From the NCBI RefSeq assembly GCF_000018105.1, contig NC_009925.1:6330001-6362000 (forward strand): a stretch of 32,000 nt of DNA, given 5' to 3'. Below, piece after piece: positions 1-9,116 of this stretch (its first letter is position 1; every line of letters starts with the position of its first letter). A program made the translations under genes and the position numbers. Below the pieces are notes generated by a model. That model was given only the letters and a program-made list of their open reading frames with translations, was not told where the DNA came from and made no database searches. Origin of the DNA: Acaryochloris marina MBIC11017 (GTDB lineage: Bacteria > Cyanobacteriota > Cyanobacteriia > Thermosynechococcales > Thermosynechococcaceae).

Positions 1-1
1 C

Positions 2-1066
2 ATCGGAAGCGCACAAAAAGGGGTTTGTGAAAACGATGGACAAGGGCTTCCCTCACAGTATCTTGTTGCATTGATGGATCCTCGTCTCCAGAAACTTGCC
101 GAGAAATGGGGTCTGAAGAATGAGGCTTCAAATGGGGTAGGTGAATTGCTTTATGCCTGGTCTGCTCATAAAGGAGTGGCTCCTGTGGCTTATTCAAGTG
201 ATCCTGGACGACAAGCAAAAAATTATGCTGCAAAGAATATCCGACTAACCCGTAAGAACCTAGCAGAAATTGATGCAATCGTCTTGAAGCCTCGGAATAT
301 CGAAGAAAAAGAATGGGGGGACTCAGAATCTGAAGTAGCTCTCAAGAGTTTATTTGCTTCACTAACACATCCTACTGCCTGGTTTTTGATGAGTGAAGTA
401 TGTGATTCTGGAGGTGGCAAATTGGTCAATGCCATTGCAATGAGGATTATTGACGAGTTTAAAGAAAGTAAGAAGCAAAAAGAAAAACTTCAAAACTTTG
501 TTTGGAATTTTATGCGTTTCGCTGCGGATCTGCAAGCTAAGGCAAATCCACAAAGAAAAAAATGGTTCAGTAGTATGAAAGGGCTTTTTCGAGCAATGAG
601 TGAGGCTGCCCAAAAGTCACCCAAGATATTTGACTTGAGTTATGAATGGGCTATGCGATCTAGTGAAAAAGGAGGCGATGCTCAAAATGCTATTCAGCGA
701 GTTGAACAGGTTTTAAACGGAGAGTATGTGCCCTCACATGATCCATTGACAGAAAGTGGCAAATCTAACCTTGAGGAAAAGAAAAAAAAGGATGAATTGA
801 AGGCACTATCCATAAAGGAGGCTAAATTTGAGAAAGTTAGCTTAACTGAGACAATAGAAAATCTAACTATACAAGAGGTAAATAAACAATTTACTCCGGA
901 AGATGAATCATACAAAATTTTTATGTGGATACCCGATCTGATGAAGATGCAAATTAATGGTAAATCAATCGATGGAACGATTGTCTTGAGCAGGAAGGAA
1001 AAAATAAGATACAAGATCTACGTTCAAAGCAAAAATCCCAAACTCTATCGTTTGGAGAAAATTTAG
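2..1066 (+). CDS. hypothetical protein, probably 5'-partial (frame open to left window edge)
   Basis: Track ORF 71..1066 starts at a TTG. Codons 2..70 in the same frame contain no stop (IGSAQKGVCENDGQGLPSQYLVAL then MDPRL...), so the gene probably begins upstream of the window. It is Lys/Glu-rich and I recognise no motif. Confidence 0.5.
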   Translation: MGSAQKGVCENDGQGLPSQYLVALMDPRLQKLAEKWGLKNEASNGVGELLYAWSAHKGVAPVAYSSDPGRQAKNYAAKNIRLTRKNLAEIDAIVLKPRNIEEKEWGDSESEVALKSLFASLTHPTAWFLMSEVCDSGGGKLVNAIAMRIIDEFKESKKQKEKLQNFVWNFMRFAADLQAKANPQRKKWFSSMKGLFRAMSEAAQKSPKIFDLSYEWAMRSSEKGGDAQNAIQRVEQVLNGEYVPSHDPLTESGKSNLEEKKKKDELKALSIKEAKFEKVSLTETIENLTIQEVNKQFTPEDESYKIFMWIPDLMKMQINGKSIDGTIVLSRKEKIRYKIYVQSKNPKLYRLEKI

Positions 1067-1246
1067 GCACAGGTGGGTTAAAGGTAATTTTATAGCTCAG
1101 ATCTTATCCTCAAAAGCTACACGGGAAAGAATACGGTAGCTTGGTAGCCCCGTGACTTTAGTTCGAGTTGGAAAAGCGACTCGAGCGACTTTAGTCGCAT
1201 TAAGCATGGTGAGGGCCATGGCAATATTGAATGGCATTGTCCCCTC

Positions 1247-1891
1247 ATGTTGATAGCTGAATATTTACTGATGACTCCCCAACTCATCTCACTGAAGCCC
1301 AAACCACCAGCCCAAGCCAAGCTGACACCCTCGATAAGCATCGAAGCAACCCCCACATACCCAGACAAGGCATCATTCTCAACCATCGACCGGAAAGATG
1401 ATCTTCCAGTGAAGTGCAAGGCAGCTCCAGAGATTGAAGACGATGATCGCACTACTGGCACCACCACCAGATACGACCAAAGTGAACCCACCGACACACG
1501 GAGAACCCAGCGAGGGTATTCAGCTCGACAAATACCAGGAAGAGTCAGACCTCCCAGAGTATCCAGAGAATTTGAATCCAAATTCCACGCACTCGAGTGC
1601 AGGCAGAAGAATCTGGTTCAGCAGACTAAGCAAAATGGGCAGCTTGAATACTTGGCCGTTTCCCAAAGCAGCTCGGGACACTTCTGGATCACCGTCGAAG
1701 GCAGTGGAAAGCCATTCATCAGAATTCCATTTGATACAGCAGAGTTTTGTTTCGAGAGCGCGTTGGAATTAGAGGACACGTTCGATGTGTTGCAGGTGTT
1801 GAGTCTGCAGCCAGGGGAAATTATTGAGAGAATCGAGGAGATGATTGGGGTGTGGCTGAATCGGGAGCGAGTGGCGAGATGTTGGGGTTGA
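1247..1891 (+). CDS. hypothetical protein (doubtful)
   Basis: Longest ORF in a block (about 1100-1900) where long ORFs overlap on both strands (1247..1891 +, 1434..1772 +, 1117..1581 -). The N-terminal half is low-complexity Pro/Thr/Arg-rich. Only the C-terminal ~100 aa (HFWITVEGSGKPFIRIPFDTAEF...) looks like a folded domain. The start is uncertain. Confidence 0.25.
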   Translation: MLIAEYLLMTPQLISLKPKPPAQAKLTPSISIEATPTYPDKASFSTIDRKDDLPVKCKAAPEIEDDDRTTGTTTRYDQSEPTDTRRTQRGYSARQIPGRVRPPRVSREFESKFHALECRQKNLVQQTKQNGQLEYLAVSQSSSGHFWITVEGSGKPFIRIPFDTAEFCFESALELEDTFDVLQVLSLQPGEIIERIEEMIGVWLNRERVARCWG

Positions 1892-2040
1892 TTGGGACTA
1901 GTCTGGATGGAGCTAATTTGATTGTGATTAATCTATGTGGGACTAATCTCGAAGAGGCTAGGAAAATACTCCTGTTGAAATTAGGGAATCAAATACCTAG
2001 AAAGAAACAATCTACTGTGATGAATTTAATGCTCAACTAG
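1852..2040 (+). pseudogene. possible pentapeptide-repeat remnant
   Basis: LIGTSLDGANLIVINLCGTNLEEA shows A(D/N)LxX-like periodicity. It overlaps the end of 1247..1891 in another frame and is too short to be a functional repeat protein. Confidence 0.2.
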
Positions 2041-2068
2041 GGAGTGTTAACAACTATACCTAGTTGAG
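2032..2068. terminator. hairpin between convergent ORFs (possible bidirectional terminator)
   Basis: Perfect 10-bp inverted repeat CTCAACTAGG (2032..2041) / CCTAGTTGAG (2059..2068) with a 17-nt loop. There is no clear U-tract on either strand. Confidence 0.3.
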
Positions 2069-2102
2069 TAATTTACAAATGATGTTCTATGGGTTGATAC
2101 TT

Positions 2103-2402
2103 TTATTTGACTATATGGGGATTTTGTTGAATGACTTCAACTGGTAATGGTAAATTGAGCTTTTGAGCTAAATCAATTAGGTTATTGCTAAAGTCAGTAG
2201 CACCAGCAACACCAACAGAAATGGCGCAAACGATAGCCCATAGAGCCATGATTCGTTTTCGTAACCTTTTTTCAGATCGCTTCTTTGGGTTGTTGATGGC
2301 TTCGACTAGATCATCTAAATCTTCATTCAAATCATCCTGAAAATCTGGTGGCATAGTCTTAACGGATTCTCGTAAAGCAATAATGAGTTGTGTAACTTCC
2401 TC
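2103..2402 (-). pseudogene. pentapeptide-repeat protein gene 2, 3' fragment (helical tail plus TM anchor) separated by the IS5-family insertion
   Basis: The frame of track ORF 2103..2354 stays open upstream to the IS junction (EEVTQLIIALRESVKT-MPPDFQDD...). It is in phase with 3304..4277 once the IS and one TAA copy are removed. Hydrophobic helix IMALWAIVCAISVGVAGA. Confidence 0.8.
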
Positions 2403-2405
2403 TAA

Positions 2406-3303
2406 GAGGCTGTTTGAGAAGTTTTAGTGCTCCTGCGCTAGCCTTCGAACCATGAGTCGAATCATCGCCACATAAACAAGCGCTTCAGCCGTCCTAGTCA
2501 GCACCTCATAATCTTTATTAAGACGTCGAGACCACAACAACCATCCAAACGTCCGCTCTACAATCCATCGTTTGGGAATAACCTGAAACCCCGCTAGATT
2601 ATCTGAGCGTTTGACTACTTCCAAGACATATTGAAAACGGTCCATTACCCACTTCATCAAAGCTTGTCCTTGATAGCCTGCATCAGCCCATATCCGAACT
2701 AGACGGGACAAACTCGCACCTTGGCGTTGAGCTTTCCAAAACAGTATTTTGGCCCCTCGTTGGTCAGAGATATTTGCAGCGGTGACCATCACCATCAGAA
2801 CCAGCCCCAAAGTATCAACGAGCACATGACGTTTACGACCTTTGACCATTTTCCCACCATCAAACCCAATCAAGTGACACCGAGGATTGCCGACTTTGAC
2901 CGATTGAGCATCGCAGATAGCGGCACTGGGACTGGGATGACGGTCTTCACTCACCCGCACTTGCATGCGTAGATGTTCATTGATTTGACTCCAAGTCCCA
3001 TCATCGCGCCACCTTCGAAAATAGCTATAGACCGTTGACCAACAGGGAAAATCATGAGGTAGTTGTCTCCACTGACAACCTGTAACCACGAGATAAAAAA
3101 TGGCATTGAGAACACTGAGCATATCAGTGGTGCGAGGTCTACCTCCAGGTTTAGCAGCAGGAATCAAAGGCTCAAGTAATTCCCATTGCAGGGTGGTGAG
3201 GTCGCTATCATATGCTGTAGGCATTGCTCTCTAGGTCCTGTCCAGTGTTTGTGTATTGACAGATTAGTACCTTGAGAGCTTTACTCACTTCTCAAACAAC
3301 CTC
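2406..3303 (-). mobile_element. IS5-family insertion sequence (IS427/IS1031-like), 898 bp
   Basis: Terminal inverted repeats GAGGCTGTTTGAGAAGT (2406..2422) and ACTTCTCAAACAACCTC (3287..3303) match at 16/17. Flanking TAA at 2403..2405 and 3304..3306. Single intact transposase ORF. Confidence 0.9.
2424..3224 (-). CDS. IS5-family DDE transposase
   Basis: 266 aa. The N-terminus DLTTLQWELLEPLIP..GGRPRTTDMLSVLNAIFYLVVTGCQWRQLP is the DUF4096-type HTH, followed by a DDE domain (..ADAGYQG..). This is typical of IS5-family transposases. Confidence 0.9.
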   Translation of the reverse strand: MPTAYDSDLTTLQWELLEPLIPAAKPGGRPRTTDMLSVLNAIFYLVVTGCQWRQLPHDFPCWSTVYSYFRRWRDDGTWSQINEHLRMQVRVSEDRHPSPSAAICDAQSVKVGNPRCHLIGFDGGKMVKGRKRHVLVDTLGLVLMVMVTAANISDQRGAKILFWKAQRQGASLSRLVRIWADAGYQGQALMKWVMDRFQYVLEVVKRSDNLAGFQVIPKRWIVERTFGWLLWSRRLNKDYEVLTRTAEALVYVAMIRLMVRRLAQEH

Positions 3304-4277
3304 TAAGTTATTGCCGATAGTTTGGGAAAAGTTCGTAACGTCACCACTTCCACTATGGATTACACCAATTGTGTTGGCTTGAATCTCTGTTTTACTAACT
3401 TCTTTTTCAGCCATTGCATTAGCCTCTACTTTAATTTGTCTAGTTGCTAATAATTTAGCTATTTCAGTCATATCGGAACTTCGTTCCCTATAAATGCTTA
3501 TCTCCTTATCTTTAGCTTGTAATTCAGCTTTATATTGATCTTCTATTAATTTGAGTTTATTAAAATATAATTCTTTTACTTTATTCTCTATCTCTTTTTT
3601 GCTAGCTTCTTGGGGTATTTCAAGGCGAATAATAAAGGCTTTCCCTTTCTTTTCAATTGATTGAATACTAATTGATTGATCATCATATCTAGTACGGAGT
3701 TCTTGGAATGTAAGGAAAAATGCTTTCCAGTCAATTCCATCACGGAAAATGAGTTCAACTGTGTTCAATACTTTTTGAAACAGTGCAGAAAACTCTCCAG
3801 ACTTAAAATATCCAGAACTAGGGACTCTATTTTTATTCCCACTCTCAAGGTAAATATAATCACATCTCACATCATTAAGATTTGTAGATGTATCAATACT
3901 CCAGGCATCTATGCAAGCACCAGACATTGCTGACCCACTAAAATCAGTTTTTATAGCATTAACTTCAGATAAGTTTGCGTTGGTCAGGTCAGCATCTAAG
4001 AAGCGAACGTGGCTAAGATCAGACTTATAAAGATTGGCTCCAACTAAACTTACATGTTCTAAATTTAGTTCTTGAAGGTTAGCATCAATGTATTGGTTAT
4101 TATCCCCATTTCTTTTGGTCAATAAATCAATAATTATATCTTCTTGTAAGCTCGGTTTATCAATTCTACTCAGTTGTAAGTTTTTTGCATTCAACCATTG
4201 AATATGATAAAGATTTGCTTGACGAAAGTCTATACATTTTGTATCAACATTCGTGAAATTTGCATTCTTTAAGTTTG
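3304..4277 (-). pseudogene. pentapeptide-repeat protein gene 2, central fragment
   Basis: Track ORF 3292..4194 starts at an internal TTG. The same frame is open upstream to 4277 (NLKNANFTNVDTKCIDFRQANLYHIQW-LNAKNL...) and continues the A(D/N)LxX repeats. The last three codons plus stop of the track ORF (EVV*) lie inside the IS5 inverted repeat. Conserved middle GACIDAWSIDTSTNLNDVRCDYIYL, then a coiled-coil region. Confidence 0.85.
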
Positions 4278-5662
4278 GGCTCTCCGGGAATTAGCGTGGT
4301 AGCCGCTAGATATAGTGTTTAGGTCACAGCGAATGTCTGATACCCATTGAGGTCAAGAGAAATCCTTTGGAAGAGTCTTTCAATATCGAAAATACCGTAG
4401 CATCGTCTTTTTAAGACTTTGACTCGGTTATTAAATCCTTCCACAAAACCACTGGTCCACCCCTCCAGGAAATAGTTGGTCATCTCGTCCATCCAATTAT
4501 TGATAGTGGTCAGAAAACTATCGAATTCCTTGATGCCACTCTTGAGTACTTGTTTACACCAAGCTCGGATGGCACATTTAGCTCCATGCTTGGTGTACCT
4601 GCCCTCAAATATCTGCGTGAGTTTCTCTCGGAGATTGTACGCCTGTTTCAGTTGTGGAGAATAAGCAAACAATCGCTCAAGGAGTTGTTGCTCTGACTCT
4701 TTCAGATTCTCTGGTCGTTTTCTAAAAGGCCACATCGCGCCTTTGATGCTGTCATACTCTTGCTTAGAGAGCTCTCGTCGTAGACGTTTGACCTCACGTT
4801 TACGAACCGTATCAGCACAATTACGATAGGCTTTGGTCACATGAAAGCGGTCAATGACAATTTTGGCTTGCGGCAATTGTTCTCGGACTGCACTGACAAA
4901 TCCTTGGTACATGTCCGTACAGACGCGCTCAATGGTTTGGCGTAAATCAATGGGAATCGATTGAAGGAAATTTGCCACTGTCTGCTGTTTACGGTCGGCT
5001 AGAACTGCCAATATATCCACCCCATCCGTCGTAGGAATCGTGATCAAAACCACAAAATCACGATGGCCTCGTTTGAGAGAAATCTCATCCATCCCCATAA
5101 CTTTGAGGTCTGCATATTCGCTCCAGTCAACTTGAGCGGCAATCCAACGATCAATGATTCCACTGACGATATCCTCACTAACGCCTAGTTTTCTGGCAAC
5201 ATCTGAGACCGTTGAATTGATCAAGATTCGCAGAAGCCAACGCTCATATGCTTTTGTATTGGGACTGCGAGGTTCGTGCCATTCTAAATGTTGAGTTGTT
5301 GTGGGATGGTCATCGCAATACTTGCATCGATAACGCTTGGGCCGAATTTCTAAGTAAACGGGGACTTCAAATAATGGCAGGTGACGAATCCGAAAAGGCT
5401 GATCATGACAATGGAGGTCAGTAATCTCACGTCCGCATTGGTGACAGGTTGTTCCTTGAAGCGTACTCTCAATCTTGATGAGCCAATCCCCTCTCTCAGT
5501 CTTCGATAGCTCTAGAACTCGAATATCAGGAAGGTTGAGCGGGATGCGAATTGAGTTATCCATTACGCCATTGCTCTGAAGTACTACCTCAGATCATTCC
5601 ATAGGGATGAAAAAGGAAACACACTAAATGTAGGACTGCTACACGCTAATTCCCAGAGAGCC
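4278..5662 (-). mobile_element. ISL3-family insertion sequence, 1385 bp
   Basis: Inverted repeats GGCTCTCCGGGAATTAGCGTGGTAGC (4278..) and GCTACACGCTAATTCCCAGAGAGCC (5638..5662). Perfect 8-bp TSD TAAGTTTG at 4270..4277 and 5663..5670. Confidence 0.92.
4319..5563 (-). CDS. ISL3-family transposase
   Basis: 414 aa. N-terminal zinc-finger (C..C..HQCG, CKYC) followed by the DDE_Tnp_ISL3-type core (MGMDEISLKRGHRDFVVLI.., NNRVKVLKRRCYG). Apparently intact. Confidence 0.9.
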   Translation of the reverse strand: MDNSIRIPLNLPDIRVLELSKTERGDWLIKIESTLQGTTCHQCGREITDLHCHDQPFRIRHLPLFEVPVYLEIRPKRYRCKYCDDHPTTTQHLEWHEPRSPNTKAYERWLLRILINSTVSDVARKLGVSEDIVSGIIDRWIAAQVDWSEYADLKVMGMDEISLKRGHRDFVVLITIPTTDGVDILAVLADRKQQTVANFLQSIPIDLRQTIERVCTDMYQGFVSAVREQLPQAKIVIDRFHVTKAYRNCADTVRKREVKRLRRELSKQEYDSIKGAMWPFRKRPENLKESEQQLLERLFAYSPQLKQAYNLREKLTQIFEGRYTKHGAKCAIRAWCKQVLKSGIKEFDSFLTTINNWMDEMTNYFLEGWTSGFVEGFNNRVKVLKRRCYGIFDIERLFQRISLDLNGYQTFAVT

Positions 5663-5670
5663 TAAGTTTG

Positions 5671-5722
5671 CCTCCAAAAAACTAGTAGCTTGAAAGGAGG
5701 AGATTGAAATAATGGTTCTCAC
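5671..5722 (-). pseudogene. pentapeptide-repeat protein gene 2, inferred 5' end (GTG start)
   Basis: After ISL3 excision the frame reads (GTG)RTIISISSFQATSFLEANLKNANFTNVD... The GTG at 5722..5720 overlaps the inferred TGA of gene 1 (GTGA). The start codon choice is an inference. Confidence 0.45.
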
Positions 5723-5789
5723 AAGCCATAACTCTTTTGATGGACGAACCACTTGAATTCCAAGATATATCCCAAGTAATAAAAAGTTA
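5719..5789 (-). pseudogene. pentapeptide/TM protein gene 1, inferred 3' end
   Basis: After removing IS701 plus ATAC and IS630 plus TA, the gene 1 frame continues ...LILIITV-TFYYLGYILEFKWFVHQKSYGL and stops at TGA 5721..5719. This depends on the chosen IS630 ends. Confidence 0.45.
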
Positions 5790-6931
5790 TACTGCGGACG
5801 ACTTGTGACTTAACATTGTGGTAGAGAGATTTGGCACACTGGGAGTATCCCCGCACCTATCCTCCACTCCCATGATTAAAATTGATTTCACCGCAGAGGA
5901 AATCCAACAACTCAATTACGAACGCTATCATCACCCTCACCCACGGGTGCAGCGACGGATGGAAGTGCTCTACTTGAAGAGTCAAGGTCTTTCCCATACC
6001 CAGATCTGCCAGCTTTGTCAGATTAGTCGCCCCACTTTAGCCAAAACTCTTCGTCAGTATCAACAAGGAGGGATTGAAGGGCTGAAGACCCTTGAATATA
6101 AAGGTCAACCGAGTCTACTCAACGCTCATAGCGATAGTGTGAGAGCTTACTTTGAGCAACATCCTCCCCGCACCAGTGCAGAAGCTCAAGCGGTCATTGA
6201 GCAATTAACAGGCATCAAACGCAGTCCCACCCAAATCAAAGCCTTCCTCAAACGCATCGGTTGTCGTTATCGAAAAGTGGGGTATGTGCCGGGAAAGTCG
6301 AGTCTGCCCGAGAAAATTGAGGAGCAAGAGCAGTTTCGACACACTCGCCTTGAACCCTTATTAGAGGAAGCTCAACGCCAAGAGCGTCTTGTCTTTTTTG
6401 TGGATGCTGCTCACTTTGTTCACCGTGCTTATCTAGGGTTTGTCTGGTGCATCACTCGGATCTTCATCCCTTCTCCTTCTGGTCGCCAACGTTTCAATGT
6501 CCTGGGCGCGCTCGACGCTATCACCAAAGACCTAGTCAGCGTTACCAACCACACCTATATCAATTCTCACAGTATGTGCCTGTTACTGGCCAAGCTGGCG
6601 CTACTTGACCCAGTCATACCCATCAGCGTGATTTTAGACAATGCGCGATACCAGAAATGTCAGCTTGTAACGGACTTTGCCGAGATCGTCGATATTGAGC
6701 TGGTCTATCTGCCCTCCTATTCACCCCATTTGAATTTGATTGAGCGACTCTGGCGTTTTGTACGCAAGGAATGTCTCTATTCAAAGTATTATGCTGATTT
6801 TCCCGCCTTCAAAGGGGCCATTCAACAGTGCATCGACCAGTGTAATGGAGAGCATAAGGCGAAACTCACCACCTTACTATCACTCAAGTTTCAGTCTTTT
6901 AAGAAAGTTAATATCTTAGCCGCCTAGAGTA
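5790..6931 (+). mobile_element. IS630-family insertion sequence (about 1142 bp)
   Basis: Termini TACTGCGG... and ...CCGCCTAGAGTA form an imperfect inverted repeat flanked by TA (5788..5789 and 6932..6933). The local TATAC context leaves the ends ambiguous by 2 nt. Confidence 0.7.
5872..6927 (+). CDS. IS630-family (Tc1/mariner-like) transposase
   Basis: HTH N-terminus and a DDE_3 core with the signature LPSYSPHLNLIERLW. The track ORF begins at GTG 5818, but ATG 5872 (MIKIDFTAEE) is the more likely start. Confidence 0.88.
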   Translation: MIKIDFTAEEIQQLNYERYHHPHPRVQRRMEVLYLKSQGLSHTQICQLCQISRPTLAKTLRQYQQGGIEGLKTLEYKGQPSLLNAHSDSVRAYFEQHPPRTSAEAQAVIEQLTGIKRSPTQIKAFLKRIGCRYRKVGYVPGKSSLPEKIEEQEQFRHTRLEPLLEEAQRQERLVFFVDAAHFVHRAYLGFVWCITRIFIPSPSGRQRFNVLGALDAITKDLVSVTNHTYINSHSMCLLLAKLALLDPVIPISVILDNARYQKCQLVTDFAEIVDIELVYLPSYSPHLNLIERLWRFVRKECLYSKYYADFPAFKGAIQQCIDQCNGEHKAKLTTLLSLKFQSFKKVNILAA

Positions 6932-6934
6932 TAC

Positions 6935-8326
6935 CCCTCTTTTATCACTTTAGACAGAGAGAAAATCAGGATGCTTGAGCAATTTCCTCACCAGTGGACA
7001 GCAAAATGCCTCCATCTTTGATGTGAGTTGCTCAAACCCCTTTTTCAAAGCACGGCTGGGAAAGACTTCTAACCAGCGCTTTAGAAGATTCCAACTGATT
7101 AACGGTTGAATGATCAAGCGCACATTATTGAGCAGATTCTTCCACCCGTTTTGGTTATCCCACCAAGGATGCTGCGCAAAGTGTTGATGTGCCACTGGAC
7201 AAGAGTCATTGAAGACATCAGCGAACAAACTCACCATCAAGAAAGCGCTCATCACTATCTCCCACCACTTTTCAATTTGTTCGTAGTGCGTCATGCGAAA
7301 ATCAGCCCAACCCAAGGTATCTTTAGACTGTTTGAGACCATACTCAATCCAAGTTCTGAAGCCATAGCAATCCCCAATTTCATCCAGCTTGATCTCGGGT
7401 GCCGCTGCCATGACATAAGAGGTTGAGTTCTCTGGTAGCGTTTGGGGGTCCGTGGTTAATAGCCAATAGCGCTTCTGGTGGTGTCGCTGGCCATAAATGA
7501 TCTCTTGCCTGTAACGAGTTTCAGTGGTGCCATTGCTGAAGGTTCGTTCAAATGACTGCCACGGTTCGGCAAAGACTGCTTGTTCTGCGGGTAACCACAC
7601 CGCATGATTGCTACGAATCGCTAGGATATAGGGCAGCTTTAACTCCTCTAAGACATTCACAAAGTTTGTTTGAGCTTCCCCATACAAGCTGTCAGCCAGG
7701 ACGAGCTCAAAGCAAAAGCCCATCCCTTGCAACTGTCGGATCATTCCAGCAGCAATTTGGGGTTTGCTGAGATACTCATCCTCCTCTTTAAGACGTTCTC
7801 GGGGTTTGTACACTTCAAAGGACAAAGGCAAAATCATCCCTTGAAACAGCCCGTAGGCAGTGACTGCGACGATGCCATTCTCTTTCTTGCCCACATTGCC
7901 GATATACTGCCGTTTCACATAGTCGGTACTCTTGCCTTTTTTGCAATCGCCCGTCTCATCGATCAATAGAATTAACCTGCGCCCATCCAGTATTTTCAAG
8001 ATGATGTCCAATCTCTTGTCAGACAAATGTGACGCTACCCAAGGTGATTCACTCAGAAAATGATGCAGGCTTTGATGGTTCTCCAAGCCCACTGCTCTTG
8101 CAATGGCGGGCAATGATTTACGTTTGATATCACTAATCATCCCCAGATGGAGATGCTTGAAGGCTTCATAACTGCGGACTTGGGGAAATAACTCTGCAAA
8201 TAGTTGGCAGTACTCATCAACAAAGCCAATGGTTGGTTCTGGACTTCTTGAAGCTGACATCACTCATTAGAAAAATAGAAACTGAGAATAGTCTATTTTT
8301 TATCTGTCTAAAGTGATAAAAGAGGG
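6935..8326 (-). mobile_element. IS701-family insertion sequence, 1392 bp
   Basis: Perfect 24-bp inverted repeats CCCTCTTTTATCACTTTAGACAGA (6935..6958) and its reverse complement (8303..8326). 4-bp TSD ATAC at 6931..6934 and 8327..8330. Confidence 0.9.
6950..8260 (-). CDS. IS701-family DDE transposase
   Basis: About 436 aa. The N-terminal pattern ..RKSLPAIARAVGLENHQSLHHFLSESPW.. and LLIDETGDCKKGKSTDYVKRQYIGNVGKKENG are typical of IS701-family transposases. The stop codon lies inside the inverted repeat. Confidence 0.85.
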   Translation of the reverse strand: MSASRSPEPTIGFVDEYCQLFAELFPQVRSYEAFKHLHLGMISDIKRKSLPAIARAVGLENHQSLHHFLSESPWVASHLSDKRLDIILKILDGRRLILLIDETGDCKKGKSTDYVKRQYIGNVGKKENGIVAVTAYGLFQGMILPLSFEVYKPRERLKEEDEYLSKPQIAAGMIRQLQGMGFCFELVLADSLYGEAQTNFVNVLEELKLPYILAIRSNHAVWLPAEQAVFAEPWQSFERTFSNGTTETRYRQEIIYGQRHHQKRYWLLTTDPQTLPENSTSYVMAAAPEIKLDEIGDCYGFRTWIEYGLKQSKDTLGWADFRMTHYEQIEKWWEIVMSAFLMVSLFADVFNDSCPVAHQHFAQHPWWDNQNGWKNLLNNVRLIIQPLISWNLLKRWLEVFPSRALKKGFEQLTSKMEAFCCPLVRKLLKHPDFLSV

Positions 8327-8327
8327 A

Positions 8328-9116
8328 TACTGTGATTATTAAGATTAAGACACCAATAACTGATATAAGAAAGTTACTGAGATAAAAAACTAAGATAATA
8401 ATAGTTCCTAAAGCAGCAAAAAGTGATCTTTTTCCATAGACAGTGTTAGAAACAGCTATTCCAAAAGTAAAAGCTCCACAAATAGAGACTGCTAGACCAA
8501 AGCTAATTGCATTTGCAATTGCAATTGCTATGCAGTATGGGTAAACGGTACTGATCCCAATAATTAATGAAATAACGCTTGAAATAATTAATGAAAAAGC
8601 TACAATACCTGCTCCAATTAGCAATCCAATACTGATGCCGTAACCGATCCCTTTTTGGATTGTAGATATTAGTAATGAGATAGTCAGTACTAAAGCATTT
8701 ACAAAAGCAATCTTTGATGTAAGGTTTGAGGGATCAAATCTTTGGGCTACAAGGTTTCCCACTAATGATGATCCTAGAACTGAGGCACCTGACAACATCC
8801 AAGTCGAAATAACGATAAAGATTATCCAGATTTTTTTATGACTAGTGACTGCCGCAGTAAAGTTTGAATTCTCTAAATCAGCCTTTGTGAAATTAGTACT
8901 CCTAATGTCAGCATTAGTAAAATTGACTGATTTAAGGATACTTCTAACGAAAGTGGAACCACTTAAATTGGCCTCACTAAAGTTGGCTCCTGATAGTTCT
9001 AATCCAGATAATTTAGCGTTACTGAGATCTGGATTAATTTGGTGATTTTTTTTTCGCCATTTATTCCAAGATTCTATTCCTTTTTCAAGTTCGATTAAAT
9101 GATCTGGATTTGACAT
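8328..9116 (-). pseudogene. pentapeptide-repeat plus multi-TM protein gene 1, 5' portion (263 codons)
   Basis: N-terminal repeats (NAKLSGLELSGANFSEANLSGSTFVRSILKSVNFTNADIRSTNFTKADLENSNF) followed by about six hydrophobic helices. The tail of track ORF 8217..9116 below 8328 (SLFYHFRQIKN...) is read-through into the IS701 inverted repeat. Confidence 0.8.

Noticed and set aside
223-1014. Minus-strand track ORFs 223..435, 362..613 and 694..1014
   Set aside because: They are fully embedded antisense in the 331-aa plus-strand ORF, and their translations are low-complexity.
5695-5755. Plus-strand AAAGGAGG followed by ATG and a 14-codon ORF
   Set aside because: It is antisense to the inferred gene 1 stop / gene 2 start junction. 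It is too short and not supported by anything else, so it is likely coincidental.
8217-8327. C-terminal 37 codons of track ORF 8217..9116, and likewise 14996..15059, 17949..17976 and 3292..3303 in their ORFs
   Set aside because: These ORF ends are read-through into IS terminal repeats, so they are chimeric extensions rather than authentic host coding sequence.
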